DNA of 64,000 nt from Octopus sinensis (Eukaryota): contig NC_043008.1 in NCBI RefSeq assembly GCF_006345805.1, positions 10,788,001 through 10,852,000 on the forward strand. The letters are read 5' to 3'. A program made the translations under genes and the position numbers. Under the pieces are notes generated by a model. The model did not search any database. It saw only the letters and a list, made by a program, of their open reading frames with translations, and was not told where the DNA came from. This document shows positions 63,829 through 64,000 of this stretch, one piece after another; the stretch's first letter is position 1, and the number at the start of each line of letters is the position of its first letter.

Positions 63829-64000
63829 ATATAAATAATATATATATACATATAAATATATATATATATATATATAAATTTAGCAATTAAGGACAACTAC
63901 TTAATAAGGAAAACTTAACAAGAAATTGTCAGGTAGATAGCGTGAAAGACCTCATAAAAGAAAAAATTTCGAAAATAATTATTTCTTATTGAACATATTA

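Overview
AT-rich, repeat-saturated animal genomic DNA. It is most likely an octopus (coleoid cephalopod), judged from its tRNA-derived SINE families and dense (TA)n/(CA)n/(TCTA)n microsatellites. I can support no host protein-coding exon, so the window is intergenic or deep intronic, and nearly all ORFs in the supplied track are microsatellite translations. Contents: three SINE groups (about 30 copies); RTE-type LINE remnants; Tc1/mariner remnants; several MITEs (TTAGGG-containing, pogo-type, unclassified foldbacks); a canonical non-autonomous Helitron; and a 5'-truncated Penelope-like element (RT plus GIY-YIG, Neptune-type Cys linker) with an inverted copy of its tail. Highlights: (1) About ten minimal type-I hammerhead-ribozyme motifs from several unrelated families. 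The one in the Penelope tail has a compensatory U3:A8 core pair in place of C3:G8. (2) One SINE repeatedly sits inside its own head at two fixed positions, and one locus preserves direct evidence of nested insertion. (3) A roughly 720-770 bp direct duplication exactly brackets a MITE. All calls are by eye; family names and ribozyme activity need computational or experimental confirmation.
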